A stretch of 24,858 nucleotides of DNA from a virus: the IMG/VR virus record IMGVR_UViG_3300029467_000015, positions 1,016 through 25,873 of that record. One strand, given 5' to 3'. Under the pieces are notes generated by a model, which saw only the letters and a list, made by a program, of their open reading frames with translations, was not told the origin of the DNA and searched no databases. How positions within the stretch are numbered: the stretch's first letter is position 1; every line of letters starts with the position of its first letter. Of the stretch, positions 1 through 8,305 are shown piece after piece. Position numbers and translations under genes: made by a program.

Positions 1-33
1 ATTTAAAAGAAACTCTGATGAAGGTGAAATTTT

Positions 34-939
34 ATGAAAGTACTATCATTTATGTATATATCTATCATTAGTCTACTCATTTCGTTGTGTCCTATTGTTA
101 TGGCTGATTCTTCTCTGAAAAGTCCTGCCTGCTTAGATCAATTTAAACAACCATCTGCCACTATCCAGAAACTTTCGGATTTGCTAGAATATCAGCATTT
201 TAAATCCTTTTATAAAAATGCCGAAAAACATACATTTACCTTCGGTTTAACGACGCAAAATAATATTAATACTGAATTGAGCGACAAAATATGGCATTGT
301 TATCTTGTCGCCTCAGCTCCGTTATTTTCCTTTAAAACATATCAGAAAACCGAACCGGAAGTTGAGATTGATGAAATGGCCGATATCAATCAAAAATCCG
401 AGATTTGTCTATTCCTCGATAAATATATAAGACTTATTAAGAATTCGAATGATATGAAAGAATCTTCTAAAAAACAGATTATCCATCATATATTTTTGCC
501 TTATTATGCAAAAATATTAAAACAATTCAAAGAATCAAAAGAACATAATCCCTACAGAATCACGGAATATAAAGAAACAAACGGAGAATCTAAAAACTTA
601 AAAGAAAATAAAACTATTTATATTGAATCTCAAGAACAAATTTCAGAGCTTTGGAATTTTCTCAACGAAGTTGCTGATGGTGAATCATTTATTAACTCTA
701 GAAATCAAGTAATCGAAGACGAAACTAAAGACCTGGAAAAATCTTTTATGGAAATTCTTGTTTCCATCTTTCCTGGTAAATATTCCAAAGTCGAAGAGTT
801 CCTTCTTCAAGCCGGCTATACCAAAGAGGAAATTCCTAATTTGATTGATCGCACCGTCGGCAGGAACAATAAAACTGACTTTCTCTACAAAGGAAAGCAT
901 CGCCTTGCACATGACCGGCTTCTTAAGAAAAAGAAATAA
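34..939 (+). CDS. Hypothetical exported protein in an AT-rich, foreign-looking gene
   Basis: 301-aa ATG ORF. The N-terminus MKVLSFMYISIISLLISLCPIVMA looks like a signal peptide. GC is roughly 30% by eye versus about 58% in the phage block. The protein is K/E/N-rich and I recognise no family. Confidence 0.6.
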   Translation: MKVLSFMYISIISLLISLCPIVMADSSLKSPACLDQFKQPSATIQKLSDLLEYQHFKSFYKNAEKHTFTFGLTTQNNINTELSDKIWHCYLVASAPLFSFKTYQKTEPEVEIDEMADINQKSEICLFLDKYIRLIKNSNDMKESSKKQIIHHIFLPYYAKILKQFKESKEHNPYRITEYKETNGESKNLKENKTIYIESQEQISELWNFLNEVADGESFINSRNQVIEDETKDLEKSFMEILVSIFPGKYSKVEEFLLQAGYTKEEIPNLIDRTVGRNNKTDFLYKGKHRLAHDRLLKKKK

Positions 940-999
940 CTTCTCTCTTTCCGAAACAATGCATTGCCGCAAGCACACAAAGAACATTCACAAACGGAC

Positions 1000-1500
1000 A
1001 TGAAATATCCGTCATCTTAGGACATTCCTACAAGCACAGTTTTAATGCAGCAATTGCCGCCACGGCAGTACATGTACTCAAGGAACAGGGCCACACCATC
1101 CGCTTTCATGACCTCTGCCGGGAGCACTCCAACCCCGTTCGGCCGGACATGGAACTGGTCAGCGACATCCCGGGAAAACGCCTGGACAGCTCTCCATCAG
1201 CCGGAAACCAGGGAAGTTGACGGCATTGTCATCATCCATCCTAACTGGTGGGGACAGCCCCGGCTTTTAAAGACTGCATCTTCGCTTTCTGCAGCGTGCA
1301 TGTTTTTGAAAGAAAAATGTTCTGCATCCTTGTAGCCAGCACTCCGGACATCCGTGCCAAATGACTTGACGAAGTGCGGGAAACGGTATGCACCCTCTTT
1401 CCCCCTGAGAGAGAACCCCGGTAAGAGCCCGCTTCGTGCCAAGATGAGCGAGCATGGGAATTCATGAAAGCCACGGACTACTCCCCTACCGTAAACCCGG
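1000..1500 (+). pseudogene. Frameshifted remnant of a flavodoxin-like-fold NAD(P)H dehydrogenase (quinone) family gene
   Basis: ATG at 1000 reads MKYPSS-stop. Shifting one base after the A-run gives SVILGHSYKHSFNAAIAATAVHVLKEQGHTIRFHDLCREHSNPV, a typical N-terminus of this family. The family motif DGIVIIHPNWWGQP appears in a different frame near 1220-1260, and later segments are in further frames. At least three frame changes are needed. The end coordinate is approximate. Confidence 0.55.
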
Positions 1501-1506
1501 CGGGAA

Positions 1507-1520
1507 GGAAACTAGTTTCC
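1507..1520. repeat. Perfect 14-bp palindrome GGAAACTAGTTTCC
   Basis: Read directly and self-complementary. It lies in non-coding DNA after the pseudogene. It shares the words GAAGGA and TTTCCCTT with the dyad at 1566-1594. Confidence 0.8.
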
Positions 1521-1565
1521 CTTTAAAGCAATTACGGCCAAATTGATTTTCATACTCCCCCGTTA

Positions 1566-1594
1566 GGAAGGATTTCCCTTAAGGAAGTCCTTCC
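1566..1594. repeat. Nested dyad: GGAAGGA ... TCCTTCC around an inner palindrome CCTTAAGG
   Basis: 7-bp arms at 1566-1572 and 1588-1594 are exact reverse complements. The inner 8-bp palindrome is at 1577-1584. Function is unknown. Confidence 0.7.
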
Positions 1595-1670
1595 GGATAT
1601 CGATCCTTGATAAGCTTTGGCAAAGGGAAAGATACAACGTAAATGCCGCCAAGGAGCAAATCCACATACC

Positions 1671-2009
1671 TCAGTGGATGGCACAACTCAATCTTGAGAC
1701 GTGGCATGTAATACAGCACTTTTTCTCCTCGTCATTGCAAATGATCCCTCTCAGAGAAAAAAGCTTTTCTTTCCCTACGTCAAAAAAGTCAAGAAGATAA
1801 ATAGGAATCTTTCCTTGATTTTTAAACATAAAACTGGCCAAAGCATCCGGAGACAGGGTCCTCCCACCGTTCTCCCTGCATGGAAAGTGCAATGGGACTA
1901 TCCGGAACAACCCTGTTTTTTCCGCTTGTCCCATACCACAGGAACGGTGTTCCGCTCCCGTAAGAGAGGACAAGGTAAAATGCCCACAATAAAAAAGAAT
2001 GGTTTTCAT
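1671..2009 (-). CDS. Questionable hypothetical ORF or gene remnant
   Basis: 112-aa ORF in about 40% GC DNA. It is overlapped by similar-length ORFs in two other frames (1701-2066 plus, 1822-2022 minus). No motif recognised. It may be a decayed gene. Confidence 0.2.
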   Translation of the reverse strand: MKTILFYCGHFTLSSLTGAEHRSCGMGQAEKTGLFRIVPLHFPCRENGGRTLSPDALASFMFKNQGKIPIYLLDFFDVGKEKLFSLRGIICNDEEKKCCITCHVSRLSCAIH

Positions 2010-2332
2010 AAAGAGGATACATTATCCATTTTTAATAAAAGCTTCACAGAGAAAATCAATCAATAAAAAACCATATTCGCTGCAGCAAATAATGGAAAGG
2101 GACAGCATCGCCATTTTTTAATCCTCCCCCATTAATAATTTCAGAACAATCAGGCTTCTTTCATGCTCACCTCATTCCCCGGCCTTGCCATTCATACGCT
2201 GGAAGAACTCCGGCAGAGATAGCTTGCTGAACTGTATCTCCATGCAACTCTCCCTTGCCAGTTTCTAAACCAGTGCAGCCAGGCATTTGACTAAAAGGCA
2301 AATGATCCTTTCTCTCTTCTTGCAACACCTGC

Positions 2333-2375
2333 CAAAAAAGCAAAAAAGAGCCTGTATCGTTAAAATACAGACTCT
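2333..2375 (-). terminator. Candidate intrinsic terminator ending the minus-strand late operon
   Basis: On the minus strand the stem AGAGTCTGTAT / ATACAGGCTCT (2375-2347) has 11 bp with one mismatch and a 7-nt loop. It is followed directly by TTTTTTGCTTTTTT (2346-2333). Confidence 0.5.
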
Positions 2376-2410
2376 TAAGAAGAAAAATGTTTTGGCGGAG
2401 CGGGAGGGAT

Positions 2411-2433
2411 TATATTTATTGATTATAAATATA
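2411..2433. repeat. AT-rich inverted repeat TATATTTAT-tgatt-ATAAATATA
   Basis: 9-bp arms are exact reverse complements with a 5-nt spacer. It sits between the 26-bp palindrome and the terminator. Confidence 0.7.
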
Positions 2434-2485
2434 CTTATGAATATAATGTTCAGCTTTTTGTACAGTTCCTTTCCTACCCTCAGGG

Positions 2486-2511
2486 TCATCTTGTTGATAT
2501 CAACAAGATGA
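2486..2511. repeat. Perfect 26-bp palindrome TCATCTTGTTGAT|ATCAACAAGATGA abutting the stop codon of the last late gene
   Basis: Read directly, with 13+13 nt exactly self-complementary. The next base (2512) starts the TGA of the 2512-3237 gene. No U-tract follows on the minus strand. A T-rich run (TCAATTTTCTTTCT) follows on the plus strand. Confidence 0.85.
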
Positions 2512-3237
2512 TCAATTTTCTTTCTGGTGAAAACGGCAGCGGAATAAGGCATCCATGACGCGGGCCCGGTTTGCTTTTGGAATATGGGGAGGACGGGGGC
2601 TTCCCACGGTTACAACGTCAAACCCAACATATTTTTCCGGGGCGACCGAAATGCTGAACCAGTTCCATGCCGACCAGCGGCCAGCCCTGTTTTGGGGCGT
2701 CCAGGGGGGGATAATTCTCCCCTTGCCGACCCCAAAAAGTTCAATGACTGTGTGCCCGATGGTAAGATCCTCCGGAGCGTTGTCCGGCAGATCTGCTTGC
2801 ATCAGCACTTCCGCGGCTCGTTTGGCGGCCAGTCCGGTCATGGCATAACACAGACCGTAGAATTGCCGGCTATCTGCTCCCGAGGCGCACCAATGCGCCC
2901 CCGTTTCAGACATGTCCCTGATCCATGCTCCGTTGAGCAGCGCCGTATCCGAATCGATTTTGACGACGATGTCATCGTCCGCCGCTTCGCTGGACAGCAT
3001 GGAGATAATGCCCTGGACGCATTCCGGGCCGCGCAGGTTGCCGTGGCGCGGGAAGCTGGTTTGACGATACCGCGCTCCGGCTTCCAGAAGCGCCTTTCTG
3101 GTGCGTTCCGGTACTGGGTCGGCCTCATCGTCCGCCACGGTAATGACGGCATCAGGGAGGGCTGCCAAGGCGCACCGGACGCAGGCTTGCGCCTCATCAG
3201 CGTCTCCGGCATAGGTGAATAGATAGATTCTGATCAT
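2512..3237 (-). CDS. GT-A fold (family-2-like) glycosyltransferase candidate, last gene of the late operon
   Basis: 241-aa ATG ORF. N-terminal beta-strand IRIYLFTYAG, acidic VADDEADP, and a DxD-type motif in VVKIDSDTALL. The assignment rests on motifs only. Confidence 0.5.
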   Translation of the reverse strand: MIRIYLFTYAGDADEAQACVRCALAALPDAVITVADDEADPVPERTRKALLEAGARYRQTSFPRHGNLRGPECVQGIISMLSSEAADDDIVVKIDSDTALLNGAWIRDMSETGAHWCASGADSRQFYGLCYAMTGLAAKRAAEVLMQADLPDNAPEDLTIGHTVIELFGVGKGRIIPPWTPQNRAGRWSAWNWFSISVAPEKYVGFDVVTVGSPRPPHIPKANRARVMDALFRCRFHQKEN

Positions 3238-3249
3238 CGTATTGTCTGG

Positions 3250-5400
3250 TTAAGCTGGTCCGTAGGGGTAGAAGGTTCCTCCGAAGACCGGAATCTGGAT
3301 CATGCCCAGGGCGTATTGCGTAACCTGGTCTTCGTTGATGTCGGCAACCTGGAAAGCATAGTCAAAGTTGACGCCGGGCTTTTCCTGGGCGAGCATGATC
3401 GGGTACACCGTTCCCGGTATGCCTGACATTTCCGCGCTGGTTAACTTGGCGTCCTGGTCGAAGTGGACATTTATCCAGACCTCACCGCTGATCATCGGGA
3501 GTTTCACCCAGGAGGATCCGGAGCCGCCGTCTCCGGTCGGGTAGAATCCCAAGAGAGAGCCGTTGAGGTAGAGAGCGCCCGGTTTGATGCGAGCATCGGT
3601 GATGTTGCCCTCTGTGTCTTTGGTCAAGCGAACTTGGAAGCCGTATTCCGGCGCAGGAGCTTCAGACCCGGTGGCAGTCGTAATCTGCTGTCCAATGGTC
3701 GGAGATTCCGGCTTGGGGTCGTAGGTCAGGTCAATTGGTTCCGGCGCTCCCTGCATGTTTTCCAACGCGGAAGAGGATTCGGAATCACGGTTGACGCGTT
3801 TCAATTCGATAAACTCATCGATTCCCAACTGAAGAGGCGCACCGTAAGACAACTCAATCACATTAGTCTGCAAGTCACGGCTTACAGTCTGCACCATGGT
3901 ATTGATGGTTTCCCATTCCGGATTGCCGCCAAGCAAGGAAACACGGCGCCCCATGTATTGCCAGTATTGAGCCCCCCCGCGAGCCGCAAAGGAGATAGAG
4001 CCGTCATAGGGAAGTTCCTGCATGGATTCCCAGACCGTCCTTGCTATGTCGGCATAAGGTATTCCGTCATTGGGCGCCTCAGAGGGGCCGTCTTCATCGT
4101 TTGACGGCTGCTCACCGTTATAAATGCCGTCAATCGGATAGGTAGCATTGGGGCGGTCGAGTGTCACCAGGTCCACGGAAAATTCCTGCCAGAAACAAGG
4201 CGTGTCTCCTCCTCCAATTACTCCGATGTTCTTAAATTTTTCTCTCCACTTGGCCGGGGCATTTTCCGGAATGGCTAGACGCTGCTTGATGGTGGTATTG
4301 CACCATTTAGGGCGCAGGGATTTTGTGTGAATCTGCCCGTCTGTAAGTTCGTATGCGGTTGCCGTGGTATCGTACCCCTTGGGTTTTTCCTCTTCTGTGC
4401 CTTCCCATGCCTTGGGAGTGACGACCCGGTCGGAATAGGTCACAAGCTGCCCTGCCGGAATGTCTTTCATCCACGGGAAATGGTGTGCCCAAAAGCTGTT
4501 GATCATGTCCGCAGCGTCAATGCGGCGCCCTTTGACAATCATCTTCTGATAAGCCAAGCTGCCGGATCTGGAAGTCTTTACGGGCTGGGGTTCGGAAGCG
4601 GAACCGCCTGACTCATTGTAATTGGAGAAATAAAAGTCAGAGGAGACGCGATAGACGATCGAATGCGGCAGCGTAGGGTCGCCGTCCGACGGGTACTTGG
4701 AAAGGTAGGAGACGCGATAGCCTGAACTGCCGGTAGATTCTGCCACAATCGCAACACAGGGGGGAACAAGGTCGCCTCGCGGTGACAGTGATACGTCTAT
4801 GCTTTTGACTGTGGCGGAGGGTTGCAGCGGCAGGGAAATAGGTTCAAGGGCGTCGTAGTCCGTGATGATGAGCTTGGGCCGTTCTCCCGTGTAGTCATAA
4901 TAACTGACCATACGCGGAGACCAGCGCCGGATGGACTGCAGCAGACTTTGAAGAGTGTCGCAGGACGCATTCCACGGTATCAACTGCTTGTCGTCTCTGA
5001 TGCGCAGCTCATAGCTGGCTGGGTGGTGCTTTGCCATGTCAAGCACGCTGGACAAAGCGCCGCTCAGGTTGACCTTGGGAATAATACCCTCTACGCCTTT
5101 ACGGGGGAAAAGCCCGAACGTCGGCTGCCATCCATTTTCCAAGGCATAGCAATTAGCGAGGTAATACCAGGGGTCGGAAAAAACAATCCTCCAGGACCGC
5201 TGGCTGCCGCTGTATACTTTTTCAATATTGGACACCAGCCCCACTAGGATGACTTGTCCGTTTTGGGAGATGGTGACGGTATCGAATTGCTTGTACGGCA
5301 AAGTTTCCCCAAGCGTCCTGACGGGGTAAACTGCCGTAATGGTGGACGTGGAGAAGCTCTGTTGATCGTGCGTGAGGCTTGATGGCTTGAGAGCCAGCAA
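3250..5400 (-). CDS. Large tail/baseplate structural protein (716 aa from TTG; possibly 725 aa from an in-frame AGG at 5427)
   Basis: Long ORF with phage-like composition, positioned after the tape-measure-like gene. The first canonical start is TTG at 5400. The in-frame upstream stretch AGG AAC CAT AAC ATC ACC ATA GAT GAC would read MNHNITIDD. Confidence 0.65.
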   Translation of the reverse strand: MLALKPSSLTHDQQSFSTSTITAVYPVRTLGETLPYKQFDTVTISQNGQVILVGLVSNIEKVYSGSQRSWRIVFSDPWYYLANCYALENGWQPTFGLFPRKGVEGIIPKVNLSGALSSVLDMAKHHPASYELRIRDDKQLIPWNASCDTLQSLLQSIRRWSPRMVSYYDYTGERPKLIITDYDALEPISLPLQPSATVKSIDVSLSPRGDLVPPCVAIVAESTGSSGYRVSYLSKYPSDGDPTLPHSIVYRVSSDFYFSNYNESGGSASEPQPVKTSRSGSLAYQKMIVKGRRIDAADMINSFWAHHFPWMKDIPAGQLVTYSDRVVTPKAWEGTEEEKPKGYDTTATAYELTDGQIHTKSLRPKWCNTTIKQRLAIPENAPAKWREKFKNIGVIGGGDTPCFWQEFSVDLVTLDRPNATYPIDGIYNGEQPSNDEDGPSEAPNDGIPYADIARTVWESMQELPYDGSISFAARGGAQYWQYMGRRVSLLGGNPEWETINTMVQTVSRDLQTNVIELSYGAPLQLGIDEFIELKRVNRDSESSSALENMQGAPEPIDLTYDPKPESPTIGQQITTATGSEAPAPEYGFQVRLTKDTEGNITDARIKPGALYLNGSLLGFYPTGDGGSGSSWVKLPMISGEVWINVHFDQDAKLTSAEMSGIPGTVYPIMLAQEKPGVNFDYAFQVADINEDQVTQYALGMIQIPVFGGTFYPYGPA

Positions 5401-5454
5401 GTCATCTATGGTGATGTTATGGTTCCTGCTGCTTGAATATGGTTAGGTTGATAT

Positions 5455-6036
5455 TTATTTTTTGTCGGCGATCTGCTGAAGCAACGTCAGCACTTTCGCA
5501 AACCAAAAACACAGGAGGCAAGAGAAAGCCCCAGAAATCAGGTAAATGAAACATAAGGCCTGTTGCCCATCATCTGCGGTAGAGTAAAACAGCACAATCC
5601 CAGCAAGTAAAGCTATTACGCCAACAACACGGAATATCCCCTCTATTGTGATTTTTAGAGGCTCTTGATCGTTCAGTTCTTGGATTTCTTTCCAAGAAGG
5701 ATTTTTTCTGGAATCTCTAAGAGAGCATTCAATAAAGCTCTTCTTTGGTTTGCACTCCGTTTCTTTTTTTTCTGCTTTTCTTTTTTCTGACTCATCTAAG
5801 AGAACTTCAATAAAGCTCTTCTTTGGTTTGCGCTCCGTTTCTTTTTCTTCTGCTTTTCTGTTGGTGTTTTTGGTCAGATGATAAACCCTTCCAAATGGCA
5901 TCCACTCTTGACCGCCTTCAGGGAAAACAAGTGTTTCTGATAAGATTTCCCCTTCCTTGTATAAGGCCTCAAGTTCTTCAAAAGAGTAGGGGCCCTCGGC
6001 GTTGTTTGAGTTGGAAGCAACGTAATAATTAGCCAT
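5455..6036 (-). CDS. GYF_2-domain membrane protein with an internal 26-aa tandem repeat
   Basis: ATG ORF of 193 aa. The N-terminus YYVASNSNNAEGPYSFEELEALYKEGEILSETLVFPEGGQEWMPFGRV matches the GYF_2 (DUF4339) pattern. Two C-terminal hydrophobic helices are present (VVGVIALLAGIVLFY and ALCFIYLISGAFSCLLCFWFA). GC is lower than in neighbouring genes. Confidence 0.65.
   Translation of the reverse strand: MANYYVASNSNNAEGPYSFEELEALYKEGEILSETLVFPEGGQEWMPFGRVYHLTKNTNRKAEEKETERKPKKSFIEVLLDESEKRKAEKKETECKPKKSFIECSLRDSRKNPSWKEIQELNDQEPLKITIEGIFRVVGVIALLAGIVLFYSTADDGQQALCFIYLISGAFSCLLCFWFAKVLTLLQQIADKK
5716..5870. repeat. Two tandem copies of a roughly 78-bp unit inside the GYF gene
   Basis: TTCAATAAAGCTCTTCTTTGGTTTGC(A/G)CTCCGTTTC occurs at 5728 and 5806, 78 bp apart, with similar flanks. 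It encodes KAEEKETERKPKKSFIEVLLDESEKR and KAEKKETECKPKKSFIECSLRDSRKN. Confidence 0.85.
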
Positions 6037-6082
6037 AGTGGTATGGTGCTATAAACTGGCGTGGGTGCAAGTCTAAAAGCTG

Positions 6083-7969
6083 TTAATGGCCTCCGGCAAG
6101 CCTGTTTATCCCTGTTTGCAATCTTCCGTTGCCCTTCTGCACTATCTTCAAGATTTCCTCGAATTTAGCATCTACATATTTTTTTGTATCCACTTGCACG
6201 GCATTGACATTCGCGGCCTGTGCTGTTGCTATGGTTTTCAAATAATCCATTAATTTTTTTGTGTATTGTCCACTTTCTCTCAATGCGTTTTCCATAACGT
6301 CAAACGCGCCTTGAAGCTCGCTGGGGTCGATTTCCGTATCTGTTGCCGAAATGCTTTCTGCAATGCGTTTCTTCCCTGCATTCAAAGCTTCGCGGGCAGC
6401 TGCGATCCGGGGACGTTGCTGGGCGGTAGGATGCTCGGGAACGCCTTCAAGAGTAATGCTGCGGATCATTGCCTGCTGCCTCTCGGCAGTCTGCTTTTTA
6501 GCCTCCTTTTCGGCCTGCTCACGAGCCTTCTTTATTTTTTCTTCATTTCTTCGGGCTTCCTCTGCTTCTTCTCTGTCTCTTTGCAAGTTAAATGATTTAA
6601 CCTTGCCGGCGTCTATTTGATTTTGAAGAGCATCGGTTTGCTCCATATTTTTGATGGACGCCTCAGCGGAAGCCATCGCATCACCCAATGAACCAGCTTT
6701 CTCCCTTAAAACATCAAATTGTTTTTTCGCAGCATCCGTATTTTTTTTAAACTCTTCTACCGCAGTTGAGGCTTGCTTGAAACGACTATTCACATCTGAT
6801 CCTTGTCCATAGTCTAGTTCAATATTTACGCCGCCTTCTCTCAGCACAGCCTGAAGGGATCCCAATTGATCGTTTGCCTGATTAGCCTCTTCCCTCGCTG
6901 TTTTGATTAATTCAACAAGCTTCTCCTGCTTCGCAATTAAATCATCAATTTCTTTTTTCGCCTGTATGGAGTTTGAATTTTCATAACCACCAGTTTGTCT
7001 CAAAGCCGCGTTATACTCTTTATTTTTCTCCCATATTTCCCCGCGTAAATCTGGAAGTTGACTTTCTGCAGTGTCGATCCTCCGTTGAGCACGTTCTTGC
7101 TGCTGTAAAAGTCCAAGAATATTTTGAGGAGAAGGAAGGTTCCCTTGTTTAAACTGCATATCAAAAGCATGAGCTTCGGCGGCATCTCGGGCCTTGACTG
7201 CCTCCGCAAGCTGTTTTCCAATATCCATATAATTAGCCTGCTCCACGCCTAAATCACTCTGGCGGATTTTCTGGTCCAGATTCTGATCAACCATCATCAG
7301 GCCGTAATCGCGTTGCCTCTTGGAGATTCTTCCTTCCTGGTAGTCCACTTCCAAATTGACGCGGTCAAGCTCTGCCTGACGTGTATCAATTCCCTTCTGA
7401 CGGGCCGCTTCCTCTCGTCTCAGGCGAATTTGCTTTTCAAGCTCTTCCGTCTGATATTCAAATTCCCGGGTAATGCCCTTTACATAGTTTTGATACTCTT
7501 CATTGACGGTCTTGGTGCGTTCTTCCTTGTTGAATTCCTGCAAGGCCTGATAGCTTTCCCGGATTGACTGACGATAGGCTTCGGCAACCTCTTTGCTCTG
7601 CTCCTTCATTTTTTTGGCAAGATCGTCTGTCTTGTCCGCACTATCGGAAAGCCACTCGTAGAGCTTCGCGCCTGCAAGCGTGGCAAGGGAGAGAGCGCCG
7701 GCCAGGCCCGCCCCGCCACCGAAGCCTATCACCAGTCCCGGGATGTTGTTCAGGATGCCCTTGATGCCATATTGGACGTCATCCATGAAGTAGGCAACCT
7801 GCAGCATCCCCTGCCCCATGTTCTTGATGCTCTTGGTCGCCTTTTGACTGCCTTTGTCGAGCTGGTCTGTGGATTTATTCAGGGAGTCAATCTTCTGCTT
7901 TGCTTCTTCTACGCCTTTTCCGTCCAGCGTGGACTTGAGTTTGATTTCGATTTCTTTCTTGGTGGCCAT
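6083..7969 (-). CDS. Tape-measure-like coiled-coil protein
   Basis: 628-aa ATG ORF. It has a G/A-rich hydrophobic segment GLVIGFGGGAGLAGALSLATLAGA followed by about 500 aa of K/E/Q/A-rich coiled-coil-type sequence. A small chaperone-sized gene precedes it. GC is visibly lower than in flanking phage genes. Confidence 0.5.
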   Translation of the reverse strand: MATKKEIEIKLKSTLDGKGVEEAKQKIDSLNKSTDQLDKGSQKATKSIKNMGQGMLQVAYFMDDVQYGIKGILNNIPGLVIGFGGGAGLAGALSLATLAGAKLYEWLSDSADKTDDLAKKMKEQSKEVAEAYRQSIRESYQALQEFNKEERTKTVNEEYQNYVKGITREFEYQTEELEKQIRLRREEAARQKGIDTRQAELDRVNLEVDYQEGRISKRQRDYGLMMVDQNLDQKIRQSDLGVEQANYMDIGKQLAEAVKARDAAEAHAFDMQFKQGNLPSPQNILGLLQQQERAQRRIDTAESQLPDLRGEIWEKNKEYNAALRQTGGYENSNSIQAKKEIDDLIAKQEKLVELIKTAREEANQANDQLGSLQAVLREGGVNIELDYGQGSDVNSRFKQASTAVEEFKKNTDAAKKQFDVLREKAGSLGDAMASAEASIKNMEQTDALQNQIDAGKVKSFNLQRDREEAEEARRNEEKIKKAREQAEKEAKKQTAERQQAMIRSITLEGVPEHPTAQQRPRIAAAREALNAGKKRIAESISATDTEIDPSELQGAFDVMENALRESGQYTKKLMDYLKTIATAQAANVNAVQVDTKKYVDAKFEEILKIVQKGNGRLQTGINRLAGGH

Positions 7970-7987
7970 GGTGGTAGATGTGGAGGG

Positions 7988-8278
7988 TTATTGTTGAGGG
8001 CGGGCTTCTTCGATGACGAAAGCAGGCAGCTTCCCGTCCGCGAGGCTGGCGCGGGCGTCGTCCACGCGTTTTTGGAAGTATTCAAGCATCATCATATCCC
8101 GGAAGATGATGCCGAAGGCTTCGGAGGGGTTGACGCCGGCTTGTCCGGCAGCGGCAAAGACGCTTTCCCGCAAGGCTCGCGTCGCCTGGTCCAGGGAGGG
8201 GTTCTTGAGGCAGGCTTCGGCAAATTCTCCGAAAAGCCGTTCCATGCCGTTTTCAGGTTGAGTGGATTGGTCAGTCAT
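7988..8278 (-). CDS. Small acidic protein, possible tail assembly chaperone
   Basis: 96-aa ATG ORF lying 18 nt upstream of the tape-measure-like gene. The call is positional only. Confidence 0.45.
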   Translation of the reverse strand: MTDQSTQPENGMERLFGEFAEACLKNPSLDQATRALRESVFAAAGQAGVNPSEAFGIIFRDMMMLEYFQKRVDDARASLADGKLPAFVIEEARPQQ

Positions 8279-8305
8279 GATTGGTGGTATGTTGAAAAGG
8301 TGTTG

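Noticed and set aside
940-2510. A tRNA gene or attachment site in the non-coding stretches (940-2510 and 23208-23516). This includes a possible special initiator tRNA.
   Set aside because: Scanning by eye on either strand found no T-loop-like GTTCGA/GTTCAA box with flanking stems and no cloverleaf-sized structure. An undetected divergent tRNA cannot be fully excluded without a tRNA-finding program.
2265-2552. ORFs 2265-2552 (minus) and 2287-2511 (plus).
   Set aside because: They span the terminator, the AT-rich inverted repeat and the 26-bp palindrome. They overlap the end of the glycosyltransferase-like gene and have low-complexity, hydrophobic or basic translations. They are probably non-coding.
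7966-7970. Systematic miscalling at a methylated CATG motif as an explanation for the AGG-for-ATG pattern. Six of the seven AGG sites would be CATG if restored.
   Set aside because: Intact CATG sequences, including ATG start codons in a CATG context, are present in the same operon (for example at 7969, 11248 and 14474). A motif-wide artefact therefore does not fit. A site-specific consensus error still needs read-level checking.
7970-8278. Programmed -1 frameshift (gpG/gpGT type) in the small gene preceding the tape-measure-like gene.
   Set aside because: Only 18 nt separate its stop from the next start, so there is no room for an extended T-like frame. No obvious slippery heptamer was seen near the 3' end.
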